From contig OZ220747.1 of NCBI GenBank assembly GCA_965117015.1, positions 3,086,921 to 3,150,920 on the forward strand: a stretch of 64,000 bases of DNA, given 5' to 3'. Below the pieces are notes generated by a model, which worked only from the letters and a program-made list of their open reading frames with translations, was not told where the DNA came from and ran no database searches. This DNA is from Acidimicrobiales bacterium. GTDB taxonomy: Bacteria > Actinomycetota > Acidimicrobiia > Acidimicrobiales > Aldehydirespiratoraceae. Positions 35,562 to 45,862 of this stretch are shown in pieces. The translations under genes and the position numbers were made by a program. Position 1 is the stretch's first letter. Each line of letters opens with the position of its first letter.

Positions 35562-36755
35562 TCAGGTCCCGGAACCGCTCCATGGGACTCGGGGCAGTTG
35601 CTTCTCCTTGTCCACGAACGGAACGGTCTCGACGGTGGCCGCGTGGGGCGTTCCGTTGCAGTCGTGCAGCCGGACCGTCTTGCCGTTCCAGTCGTCGCCC
35701 GGCAACGGCTGGTCGAAGCGCACGTAGCCGATGCCGGCGTCGAGCGTCGGCGACCACGATCCGGCGGTCATGTGGCCCACCGGGCCGCCGTCGAAGTGGA
35801 CGTTCAGGCCGGCTTCCGGCGTGGCGGTGGCGCAGACCAGGCCGAACAGCAGCTGGCTGCGGTCGGCGGTCTCCAGCGCGTCCCGGCCGATGAAATCGCC
35901 CTTGTCGAGCTTGACGAACTGCCCGAGACCGGCACCGTAAGGCGTGAGGCCCGCCTCGATGTCGCTTCCGTTGTCGAGGATCCCGGACTCGATGCGCCGG
36001 ATGCCCATCGACGACGACGAGCTGAACTCCATCCCGAACCGCTCCCCGCAGGCGAACAGGCCGTCCCAGAGGGCGTCGTGGTCGGTGGGCTCCGGGCCGC
36101 TGTTGCAGTAGATCTCGATCCCCGCCTCCCCCGTCCACCCGGTGCGGGACACCCACAGACGTTGGCCGCACACGTCGAAGAAGCCGGCGTGGAAGTACTT
36201 GAAGTCCTTCGACAGCCCGCCGCCTATGGCCGCGTCGAGCACATGGAGCGACTTCGGTCCCTGGATCTGCAGCACCCGCGAGTGGGGGTCGCGCACCTCG
36301 ACGTCGAGGCCGATGGCGTGAGCCTCGAGCCAGCTCTCGAACTCGCCGTTGGCCTTGACGTACATGTACCGGTCCTCGGCCAGGCGCATGACCACGCCAT
36401 CCATCAAGATGGTGCCGTCGTCGTGGCAGGCCAGGCCGTAGCGGCCCCGCCCGACTGGAAGGGTCTCGGTCCGGCAGGTGAGCACCCGCTCGAGCAGCCG
36501 GCCGGCATCGGGTCCGACGATCTCGACCGGCTTCTCCGGGACGTCGTACAGCATCACGCCGCGGCGCAGCTTCCAGTAGTTGGGGATGGGGTCCTCGTCG
36601 CGGGAGGTCTTGAGGGGATAGAGGCGGTTGCAGTACATGCCGAAGACCGTCTGATCGGTCACGTACCGGTCGGCGAACGGAGACTGCCCGATACGGAACG
36701 CGCTCAACTGGACGGTGCCGAACGACTCGACGTAATAGTGCCTGTCCCCGGTCAT
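35562..36755 (-). CDS. aminomethyltransferase (GcvT) family protein, DmdA/GcvT-like
   Basis: C-terminal 397 aa of track ORF 35562..37736, starting MTGDRHYY after RBS GAGGT. GcvT-fold features are present (LYDVPEKPVEIVGPDAGRLLERV, VSRTGWTGEAGIEIY). Confidence 0.8.
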   Translation of the reverse strand: MTGDRHYYVESFGTVQLSAFRIGQSPFADRYVTDQTVFGMYCNRLYPLKTSRDEDPIPNYWKLRRGVMLYDVPEKPVEIVGPDAGRLLERVLTCRTETLPVGRGRYGLACHDDGTILMDGVVMRLAEDRYMYVKANGEFESWLEAHAIGLDVEVRDPHSRVLQIQGPKSLHVLDAAIGGGLSKDFKYFHAGFFDVCGQRLWVSRTGWTGEAGIEIYCNSGPEPTDHDALWDGLFACGERFGMEFSSSSSMGIRRIESGILDNGSDIEAGLTPYGAGLGQFVKLDKGDFIGRDALETADRSQLLFGLVCATATPEAGLNVHFDGGPVGHMTAGSWSPTLDAGIGYVRFDQPLPGDDWNGKTVRLHDCNGTPHAATVETVPFVDKEKQLPRVPWSGSGT

Positions 36756-36762
36756 GGATACC

Positions 36763-36774
36763 TCAAGCGCTTGA
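36763..36774. promoter_or_regulatory. 12-bp perfect palindrome in the divergent promoter
   Basis: TCAAGCGCTTGA lies between the GcvT-like start (36755) and the Rieske oxygenase start. Confidence 0.35.
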
Positions 36775-36821
36775 TGGGCCGGCTCAGGGTAGCCACCCAA
36801 CCCGTGTGCAACGATTGGGGC

Positions 36822-38183
36822 ATGGTCGACACCGCACCCCCGGACGAGGCCGAGATCCTCGGCACTGCCGTCACGGCCTCGGGTCTGGCCGCGGAGGCCC
36901 CGGTGAGGGTCCCGGTCGAGCGCTACATCTCGGCCGGGTTCGCCGAGCTCGAGCACGCCAGGCTGTGGCCCAGGGTGTGGCACGTGGCCTGCACCGTCGA
37001 CCACGTCGCCAACCCGGGCGACTGGTTCGAGCACCGCCTCGGCCGGTGCTCGGTGCTGCTGGTGCGGGGCGACGACGGCGTGCTGCGCGGCTTCCAGAAC
37101 GTCTGCCGCCACCGGGGCAACACCATCTGCCAAGGCTCGGGATCCGGCGCGACCGAGCTTCGCTGCCCGTATCACCGCTGGGCCTGGGATCTGGCCGGCC
37201 GGTTGCGCGAGGTTCCGTCGCGGCGAGGCTTCGGCCCGCTGCGCAACGACGAACTGGGGTTGGTGCCGGTGCAGGTGGACACTTGGACCCGTCTGGTGTT
37301 CGTGAACCTGGACCTCGACGCCGAGCCGCTGGACGGCTGGCTGGAGGGCGTCCCCGACGACATCGCCTGGGCCAATCTGGACGAGTTCCGGTGCGACTAC
37401 TCCACCATCACCCCGGTCAACTGCAACTGGAAGGTGGTCAACGAGGGCTTCTCGGAGACCTACCACGTCCAGGGCCTGCACCGCGAGATGTTGGCCAGCA
37501 TCGACGACGTCAACGCGCCCCAGAGGATCTGGGACCGCCACAGCGCGTCCTACCAGGCCTACGGCGTGCCCAGCCCGCGCCTGGGTCGCAACGTGGACGA
37601 CCAGGTGGTGTGGGACTCGTTCGTGATGACCGAGGGCGGGCGCATGGGACCGGAGTACCGGGAGCCCTGCGAGGCGCCCGACGTGCCCGACGGCCTGACT
37701 CTCCGGGACGTGATCGCTCAGAAGATCCGCGACCACCAGGCCACGCTCGGGGTGGACCTGTCGGGCTACGACACCGCCCAGATCATGAGCCTCAGCCAGT
37801 TCAACCTGTTCCCCAACGCCACCGTGCTGGTCAGCGCCGACCTGTTCACCGTGATGACGGCACGGCCCGGCCCCACCCCCGACGAGGGCGAGTTGGCCAT
37901 CATCAACCTCCGCCGTATGCCGTCGGCCGAGGCCCCGGCCTCACCGCCGGTTCACCTCACCGTGCCCCTCGACAAGGCCGACTTCGGGTTCGTGCTCAAC
38001 CAGGACCTCAGCGTGATCCGCACCATGCAGAACGGCCTGCGCCAGCCCGGGCTGTCCCACGTGGTGCTGTCGGGCGAGGAGTGCCGGATCATCAACATGC
38101 ACCGCCACCTGGAGCAATACCTGGGCCTCGAACCCGGCGGCTGGGAACCGGTCGGGCCGGAAGCGAGTCCGTCGCTGGTGTAG
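36822..38183 (+). CDS. Rieske (2Fe-2S) aromatic-ring-hydroxylating-type oxygenase alpha subunit
   Basis: Rieske motif CRHRGNTIC...CPYHRWAW and catalytic-domain motif NWKVVNEGFSETYHVQGLH. Start at MVDTAPPDE; the ATG at 36774 is an alternative. Confidence 0.8.
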   Translation: MVDTAPPDEAEILGTAVTASGLAAEAPVRVPVERYISAGFAELEHARLWPRVWHVACTVDHVANPGDWFEHRLGRCSVLLVRGDDGVLRGFQNVCRHRGNTICQGSGSGATELRCPYHRWAWDLAGRLREVPSRRGFGPLRNDELGLVPVQVDTWTRLVFVNLDLDAEPLDGWLEGVPDDIAWANLDEFRCDYSTITPVNCNWKVVNEGFSETYHVQGLHREMLASIDDVNAPQRIWDRHSASYQAYGVPSPRLGRNVDDQVVWDSFVMTEGGRMGPEYREPCEAPDVPDGLTLRDVIAQKIRDHQATLGVDLSGYDTAQIMSLSQFNLFPNATVLVSADLFTVMTARPGPTPDEGELAIINLRRMPSAEAPASPPVHLTVPLDKADFGFVLNQDLSVIRTMQNGLRQPGLSHVVLSGEECRIINMHRHLEQYLGLEPGGWEPVGPEASPSLV

Positions 38184-38227
38184 GAGCGTCGCCGGACGGA
38201 CCATGCCCGGAAGCGAAGCCGTGGCGG

Positions 38228-38887
38228 TCAGCCGCCTGCGGACGCCGCCAGCGACTTCAACGAGGCGTAGCTCACCGTCGTAGCAATGGCCGTGGCTTCG
38301 GCGAGGGACGACGGATCGAAGGCACCCCGGTCCACGGCGAGCACCGTCAGGCCCGCCGCCCGTGCCGACGCGATGCCTGCGGGAGAGTCCTCCACCGCCA
38401 CAACCACGTCGCAACCCAGCTGCGTGGCTGCTCGCTGATACAGGTCCGGAGCCGGTTTCGGGAAGGCCACCTGGTCAACGCCGATGATCCCGTCAACCAG
38501 ACCGCCCAGATCGGTCTGGGCCAGAGCGGCTTCGACTTCCGCTGACGTGGAGTTGGAGGCCACCACGACCGGGATGCTGCTGGTCTGCAGCCGCTCCAGC
38601 GTCGCCCGGGCGTCCGGATAGCTGGCGAGGTCCTGTTGCCTGGCAGCAGCGAATGCGGCGCCGAACCGCTCTCCGAGCTCCGCCAGTTCCGGTGCTCCCA
38701 GCCACCTCCTGAAGTAGTCGACGCTTTCCTCGTCGGTGCACCCGGTCACCGCCCGCAGGTCGTCGAGCGTCAAGTTGATCCCGTACTCGCCGGCCAGCGA
38801 GCGCCACACCTGCCAACCGAGTTCCTCGGTGTTCACCAGCACGCCGTCGCAGTCGAACACGACGCCGAACGCGGCGACCGCCGTCAT
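38228..38887 (-). CDS. HAD-superfamily hydrolase (beta-phosphoglucomutase-like subfamily IA)
   Basis: Starts MTAVAAFGVVFDCDGVLVNTE (DxDG motif I). Later VASNS and EDSPAGIASARAAG motifs are present. Confidence 0.8.
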   Translation of the reverse strand: MTAVAAFGVVFDCDGVLVNTEELGWQVWRSLAGEYGINLTLDDLRAVTGCTDEESVDYFRRWLGAPELAELGERFGAAFAAARQQDLASYPDARATLERLQTSSIPVVVASNSTSAEVEAALAQTDLGGLVDGIIGVDQVAFPKPAPDLYQRAATQLGCDVVVAVEDSPAGIASARAAGLTVLAVDRGAFDPSSLAEATAIATTVSYASLKSLAASAGG

Positions 38888-38891
38888 GCGC

Positions 38892-39707
38892 TCATCGGAT
38901 GGCGAGGCGGAGGGTGAGCTCGTAGATCCCGTCGCCCAGCCACTTGCGGAGGAGCAGGGCCGGTCGCCCCAGCATTCCCTTGACGTACCGGCGGCGCGGC
39001 TTGCCGGTGGTTGCCGCCTCCAGGAACACCTTGGCCAGCACCTCGGCCTTAGTGCCGCGGTCCGCGACACGCCCGCTGTCCCTCATCTTCAGGAGCGGCG
39101 CTACCTGAGCCTTGTAGGCGCCGTCGCCGTACTTGCGCAACTGGTCGGCGGCCACATCACCGAAGTCGGTCCTGATCAGGCCCGGCTCGATGAGCACGAC
39201 CTGGATGTTGAACGGCGCAGTCTCGAGGCGCAGGCAGTCCGACCAGCCCTCCAGGGCGTGCTTGGTGGCGTGGTACCACGACCCGAAGGGCGAGTAGACC
39301 TTGCCCCCGACCGAGGAGACGTTCACGATCCGGCCCGAGCCCTGAGCCCTCATGTGGGGCAGGACGAGTTGGGTGAGGTGGGCCACGCCGAAGAGGTTCA
39401 CCTCGAACTGGTACCTGGCGTCGTCGAGCGGGATCTCCTCGACCGGTCCGTACAGGCCGAAGCCCGCGTTGTTGATCAGCACGTCGATACGCCCCTCGGC
39501 TTCGACGATCTGGTTCACGACCCGCTCGTTGTCGTCGCCCTTGGCCACGTCCAGCTCGACCGGGGTGACGCCGTGGTCGGCCAGGTCCGCCATGCGGTCC
39601 ATCCGGCGGGCGGCGGCGTAGACGCGGTGACCCTCGCGGGCAAACAGGATGGCGGCCTCGCGGCCCATGCCCGCCGATGCTCCGGTTATCAGCACAACCT
39701 TGCTCAT
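38892..39707 (-). CDS. SDR family oxidoreductase
   Basis: 271-aa ORF. VVLITGASAGMGREAA, NNAG and YHATKHAL motifs are present. Confidence 0.85.
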   Translation of the reverse strand: MSKVVLITGASAGMGREAAILFAREGHRVYAAARRMDRMADLADHGVTPVELDVAKGDDNERVVNQIVEAEGRIDVLINNAGFGLYGPVEEIPLDDARYQFEVNLFGVAHLTQLVLPHMRAQGSGRIVNVSSVGGKVYSPFGSWYHATKHALEGWSDCLRLETAPFNIQVVLIEPGLIRTDFGDVAADQLRKYGDGAYKAQVAPLLKMRDSGRVADRGTKAEVLAKVFLEAATTGKPRRRYVKGMLGRPALLLRKWLGDGIYELTLRLAIR

Positions 39708-39760
39708 TGCTCTGGCTCCTGACTGATGAGGCTCGCAGCCTCTACCCTGCCGGGCACTCT

Positions 39761-40735
39761 ATGGAGACCGATGACGCCGCCATCCACAACGACGACTTCC
39801 GGCTGGCCAACGGCCTGGGCGGCGAGGCGCTGACGATCCCGTCGGCCAATCCCAGGAACTTCCATCAGGCCATCTCCGACACCGCCGCCATGCCGGGCCA
39901 GGACCTGCGGGCCAAGCTGTTCCTGCCGGAGGGACCGGGGCCGTTCCCGGTGGTGATCATCGCCCCGGGCAGCCTCGGACTCCAGTTGCATCACACACAG
40001 ATCGCCGCCGCGATCACCGACGGGAGCATGGCGGCGTGCGCCATCGACCCGTTCAGCACCCGCAGCGTCGTAAGTACGGTCGTTCGACAGGTTCAGTTCT
40101 CGTTTGCGGCCAGCGCCTGGGATGTTCTGGCCGCGGCCGAGGTCCTCGCGGCCCGCTCCGACATCGACCCGGCCCGGATCGGTGCCCAGGGGCACAGCCG
40201 GGGCGGCTCGGCCGTGCTGAACGCAGCGTCGGTGCACTTGGCGGCGGCGGCCGCGGGCACCCCCAAGCTGGTCGGGGTTTACGCCGCCTATCCCTGGTCG
40301 GGGCAGCAGTTCCTCGACCCCGACGTGGGCACCACACGGGTCCGGGCCATCATCGGTGACCGCGACGACTGGTGCCCGCCGGTGCAGGTCCAGGCCCACA
40401 TCCACGCCATACGGGCGTCCGGCGGAGATGCAACCGTGCGGATCGTGCCCGGCGCCAACCACAGCTTCGACCGCACCACCCCTCTGGAATACATACCGGA
40501 GGCGTCGGTGACGCCGGGGGCGCCCACCTTCTACATCGCCGACGACGGCGCCTTCATCCTGCCCACCTCCGACACCCCGGACCCTGATCTGGTCGACCGC
40601 GACGGCTTCCTCTACGCCATCGAGGCTGGCTTCGGAGTCCGCGGCGCCCACATCTCCGGCAACCCCGATCTCGTGCCGCTCTTCTACGACGACATGATGT
40701 CGTTCTGGACCGACGTTATGTTGCGGGGCGGATAG
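39761..40735 (+). CDS. alpha/beta hydrolase (dienelactone-hydrolase-like)
   Basis: Starts METDDAAIHNDD. Nucleophile elbow GHSRGG. Family assignment is approximate. Confidence 0.6.
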   Translation: METDDAAIHNDDFRLANGLGGEALTIPSANPRNFHQAISDTAAMPGQDLRAKLFLPEGPGPFPVVIIAPGSLGLQLHHTQIAAAITDGSMAACAIDPFSTRSVVSTVVRQVQFSFAASAWDVLAAAEVLAARSDIDPARIGAQGHSRGGSAVLNAASVHLAAAAAGTPKLVGVYAAYPWSGQQFLDPDVGTTRVRAIIGDRDDWCPPVQVQAHIHAIRASGGDATVRIVPGANHSFDRTTPLEYIPEASVTPGAPTFYIADDGAFILPTSDTPDPDLVDRDGFLYAIEAGFGVRGAHISGNPDLVPLFYDDMMSFWTDVMLRGG

Positions 40736-40762
40736 CACCCAGATTTCAGATTTACTAATAAT

Positions 40763-43503
<2,741 letters not shown>

Positions 43504-43553
43504 GCGCGGCCTGGCCTAAGCGGGTGCGCCGGTAGAGGACGGCATATCGGCCG

Positions 43554-43602
43554 GAACTTCAAGCAGTTAGCCACAATAGATGTGGTTTTCCGCTTGAAGT
43601 TC
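43554..43602 (+). repeat. 49-nt nested-palindrome intergenic element, copy C
   Basis: GAACTTCAAGCAGTTAGCCACAATAGATGTGGTTTTCCGCTTGAAGTTC, starting 51 nt after the katG stop. Confidence 0.85.
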
Positions 43603-43639
43603 CCGGACGGCTCCGCGGCCGGTAGCACGCCTACCCTTT

Positions 43640-44401
43640 ATGGCGATGCAGGACCGCAAGATCGCGCTGGTGACCGGTGCCGGCTCCGGCGTGGGCCGGG
43701 CAGCCGCGGTGGCCTTAGCTCGCGACGGCTGGCATGTCGTGGCGGTGGGCCGACGAGCCGACCCGCTGGCCGAGACGGTCGCCGAGTGCGAGCGCGAGGG
43801 CGGCTCCGGCTCGGCCGTGACGGCTGACGTGAGCGACCCGGCCTCGGTCGAGGCCCTGTGCGCGACGGTGCGCGCCGATCACGGCCGCCTCGACCTGCTG
43901 TTCAACAATGCGGGCACGGCCGCGCCTCCGGTGCCGGTCGACGAGCTCGCCGTCGAGCAGTGGCAGCGGGTGGTGGACGTGAACCTCACCGGCTCGTTCC
44001 TGTGCGCCCGGCAGGCGTTCGGGATGATGAAGTCCCAGAACCCTCCCGGCGGGCGGATCATCAACAACGGGTCGGTGTCGGCCCATGTGCCCCGGCTCCA
44101 CAGCGCCCCGTACACGGCCACCAAGCACGCAATCACGGGGCTGACCAAGTCTCTGTCGCTCGACGGCCGGCCCTTCGGCATCACCTGCGGCCAGATCGAC
44201 ATCGGCAACGCCCTTACCCCGCTCACCACCCGCATGAATGAGGGGGTGCTCCAGTCCGACGGCGCCATCCGGCCCGAGCCGACCATGGACGCGGCCGATG
44301 TGGGCCGGGCGGTCGCCTACATGGCCAGCCTTCCCCCCGACGCCAACGTGCTGACGATGACGGTGATGGCCAACGCCATGCCCTTCATCGGCCGGGGCTG
44401 A
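43640..44401 (+). CDS. SDR family oxidoreductase
   Basis: 253-aa [24 protein letters not shown] and YTATKHAI motifs are present. Confidence 0.85.
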   Translation: MAMQDRKIALVTGAGSGVGRAAAVALARDGWHVVAVGRRADPLAETVAECEREGGSGSAVTADVSDPASVEALCATVRADHGRLDLLFNNAGTAAPPVPVDELAVEQWQRVVDVNLTGSFLCARQAFGMMKSQNPPGGRIINNGSVSAHVPRLHSAPYTATKHAITGLTKSLSLDGRPFGITCGQIDIGNALTPLTTRMNEGVLQSDGAIRPEPTMDAADVGRAVAYMASLPPDANVLTMTVMANAMPFIGRG

Positions 44402-44406
44402 CGCTC

Positions 44407-45360
44407 GTGCGGGTTCTCATCACCGGCGGCGCGGGGATGCTCGGCCGCAAGCTGACCGGGCGGCTCCTGGAGCGGGGCCGTCTGCGGGGCTACGACATCG
44501 ACACGATCCACCTCGTCGACCTGGTCGAGGCCCCGATCGAGTCCGAGCTGTGCGCCGCCCATATTGCCGACCTGTCCCGCCCGAGCGAGGCCGAGTCGCT
44601 GGTCGCGCTGAGGCCTGACGTGGTGTTCCACCTCGCGGCCGTGGTCTCCGCCGAGGCTGAGGCCGACTTCGACAAGGGCATGGCGGTCAACCTCGACGGC
44701 ACCCGCCACCTGTTCGACGCCATCCGGCTCTCCCCCATCACGCCCCGGGTGGTATATGCCTCGTCGATCGCGGTGTTCGGGGCGCCTTTCCCCGATCCCA
44801 TCCCCGACGACTTTCATCCCACCCCGCTCACCTCCTACGGCACCCAGAAGCTGATCGGCGAGGCCCTGCTGGCCGACTACTCCCGGCGCGGGTTCTTCGA
44901 CGGCATCGGGATCCGGTTCCCGACTGTCAGTGTTCGTCCCGGCGCCCCCAACGCAGCCGCCTCCAGCTTCTTCTCCGGCATTATCCGCGAGCCCCTCAAC
45001 GGCGTCGAGGCCAGGCTGCCGGTTGACCGCGATGTGCGTCATCCCCACGCCAGCCCTCGAGCCGCGGTCGGGTTCCTGGTCCACGCCGCCGAGCTGGACA
45101 CAGCGCGGCTCCAAGGTCGCCGCAACCTCACCATGCCGGGCGTGTCGGTCACGGTCGGAGAGCAGATCGAGGCCCTCGGCCGGGTAGCCGGCCCCGAAGC
45201 GGCGGCATTAATCGTCGAATCACCGGACCCTGCCGTGGCCGAGATCGTCGCCGGATGGCCGTCACGCTTCGACACCACCCGTGCCGACGCCCTCGGTTTC
45301 GCGGCCGACGACACCTACGACGACATCATCCGCGCCTACATCGAGGACGACTTGCGCTGA
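44407..45360 (+). CDS. NAD-dependent epimerase/dehydratase family protein (extended SDR)
   Basis: 317-aa ORF with GTG start. MRVLITGGAGMLGRKL Rossmann motif and YGTQK catalytic motif. Confidence 0.8.
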   Translation: MRVLITGGAGMLGRKLTGRLLERGRLRGYDIDTIHLVDLVEAPIESELCAAHIADLSRPSEAESLVALRPDVVFHLAAVVSAEAEADFDKGMAVNLDGTRHLFDAIRLSPITPRVVYASSIAVFGAPFPDPIPDDFHPTPLTSYGTQKLIGEALLADYSRRGFFDGIGIRFPTVSVRPGAPNAAASSFFSGIIREPLNGVEARLPVDRDVRHPHASPRAAVGFLVHAAELDTARLQGRRNLTMPGVSVTVGEQIEALGRVAGPEAAALIVESPDPAVAEIVAGWPSRFDTTRADALGFAADDTYDDIIRAYIEDDLR

Positions 45361-45405
45361 CGAGGTGTGAGGCCTAGGGAGCTGTCGTCACCCCTGAGCC
45401 CTGGC
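45314..45405 (+). repeat. left copy of a diverged direct repeat (last 15 codons, stop and downstream hairpin of the epimerase-like gene)
   Basis: Aligns with 49935-50025 at a constant offset of 4621 nt. By hand alignment, 40 of 47 positions are identical up to and including the TGA, and roughly three quarters afterwards with one 1-nt indel. Confidence 0.75.
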
Positions 45406-45654
45406 GGGGTCCGTTTCGACGATGGCGGTGACGGTCTTGCGGCCGAGCCCGGACGCCTCGGCGATCTGCCGCAGCGAGGCGCCGACCCGGTGGGCAGTCC
45501 GGATCATGTCGTCGCGGATAGCGATCTCCCTGCCGGCCCGCTCCGCACTCAGGCCAACCACGGCAAGAGCGGTCCCGACCTCATAGTCGAGGCCGGACCG
45601 GTACTTCTCCATTCTCGCGATCGCGGCGGACACTTCAGCTTCGGTGTAGCTCAT
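45388..45654 (-). CDS. small helix-turn-helix protein, function unknown
   Basis: 88-aa ORF. The C-terminal ASLRQIAEASGLGRKTVTAIVE looks like a resolvase/sigma-region-4-type HTH. ATGA overlap with the upstream small ORF. Confidence 0.5.
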   Translation of the reverse strand: MSYTEAEVSAAIARMEKYRSGLDYEVGTALAVVGLSAERAGREIAIRDDMIRTAHRVGASLRQIAEASGLGRKTVTAIVETDPARAQG

Positions 45655-45830
45655 AGATCCTCCCGCAGGCCGGCGGCCAGCTTGTCGCGTGTTCCCAGGA
45701 GGGTCGCCAGTCGCGGTGATAGATCGCCGGACGCTTCGGCGACATTCAGGTGCGCAACGACCATCCCCAGCAGTTCCAGCGCTTCGATCCGTTCCAGCTC
45801 GACACGTACCATTGGTCCATACTGTACCAT
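45651..45830 (-). CDS. hypothetical small protein (59 aa)
   Basis: MVQYGPMVRVELERIEALELLGMVVAHLNVAEASGDLSPRLATLLGTRDKLAAGLREDL. Only the tail of track ORF 45651..46355 is plausible, since the rest overlaps the DMGDH-like gene. Translationally coupled to the HTH gene. No family recognised. Confidence 0.3.
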   Translation of the reverse strand: MVQYGPMVRVELERIEALELLGMVVAHLNVAEASGDLSPRLATLLGTRDKLAAGLREDL

Positions 45831-45862
45831 TAGTGGCTCATAGTGGACCACCAGCGCGAGGG

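Noticed and set aside
35562-38183. 724-aa (minus) and 861-aa (plus) ORFs overlapping each other across 35598-37736.
   Set aside because: Each has a recognisable domain only in its 3' part (GcvT-like from 36755; Rieske oxygenase from about 36822). The 5' extensions are antisense to the other gene and compositionally aberrant.
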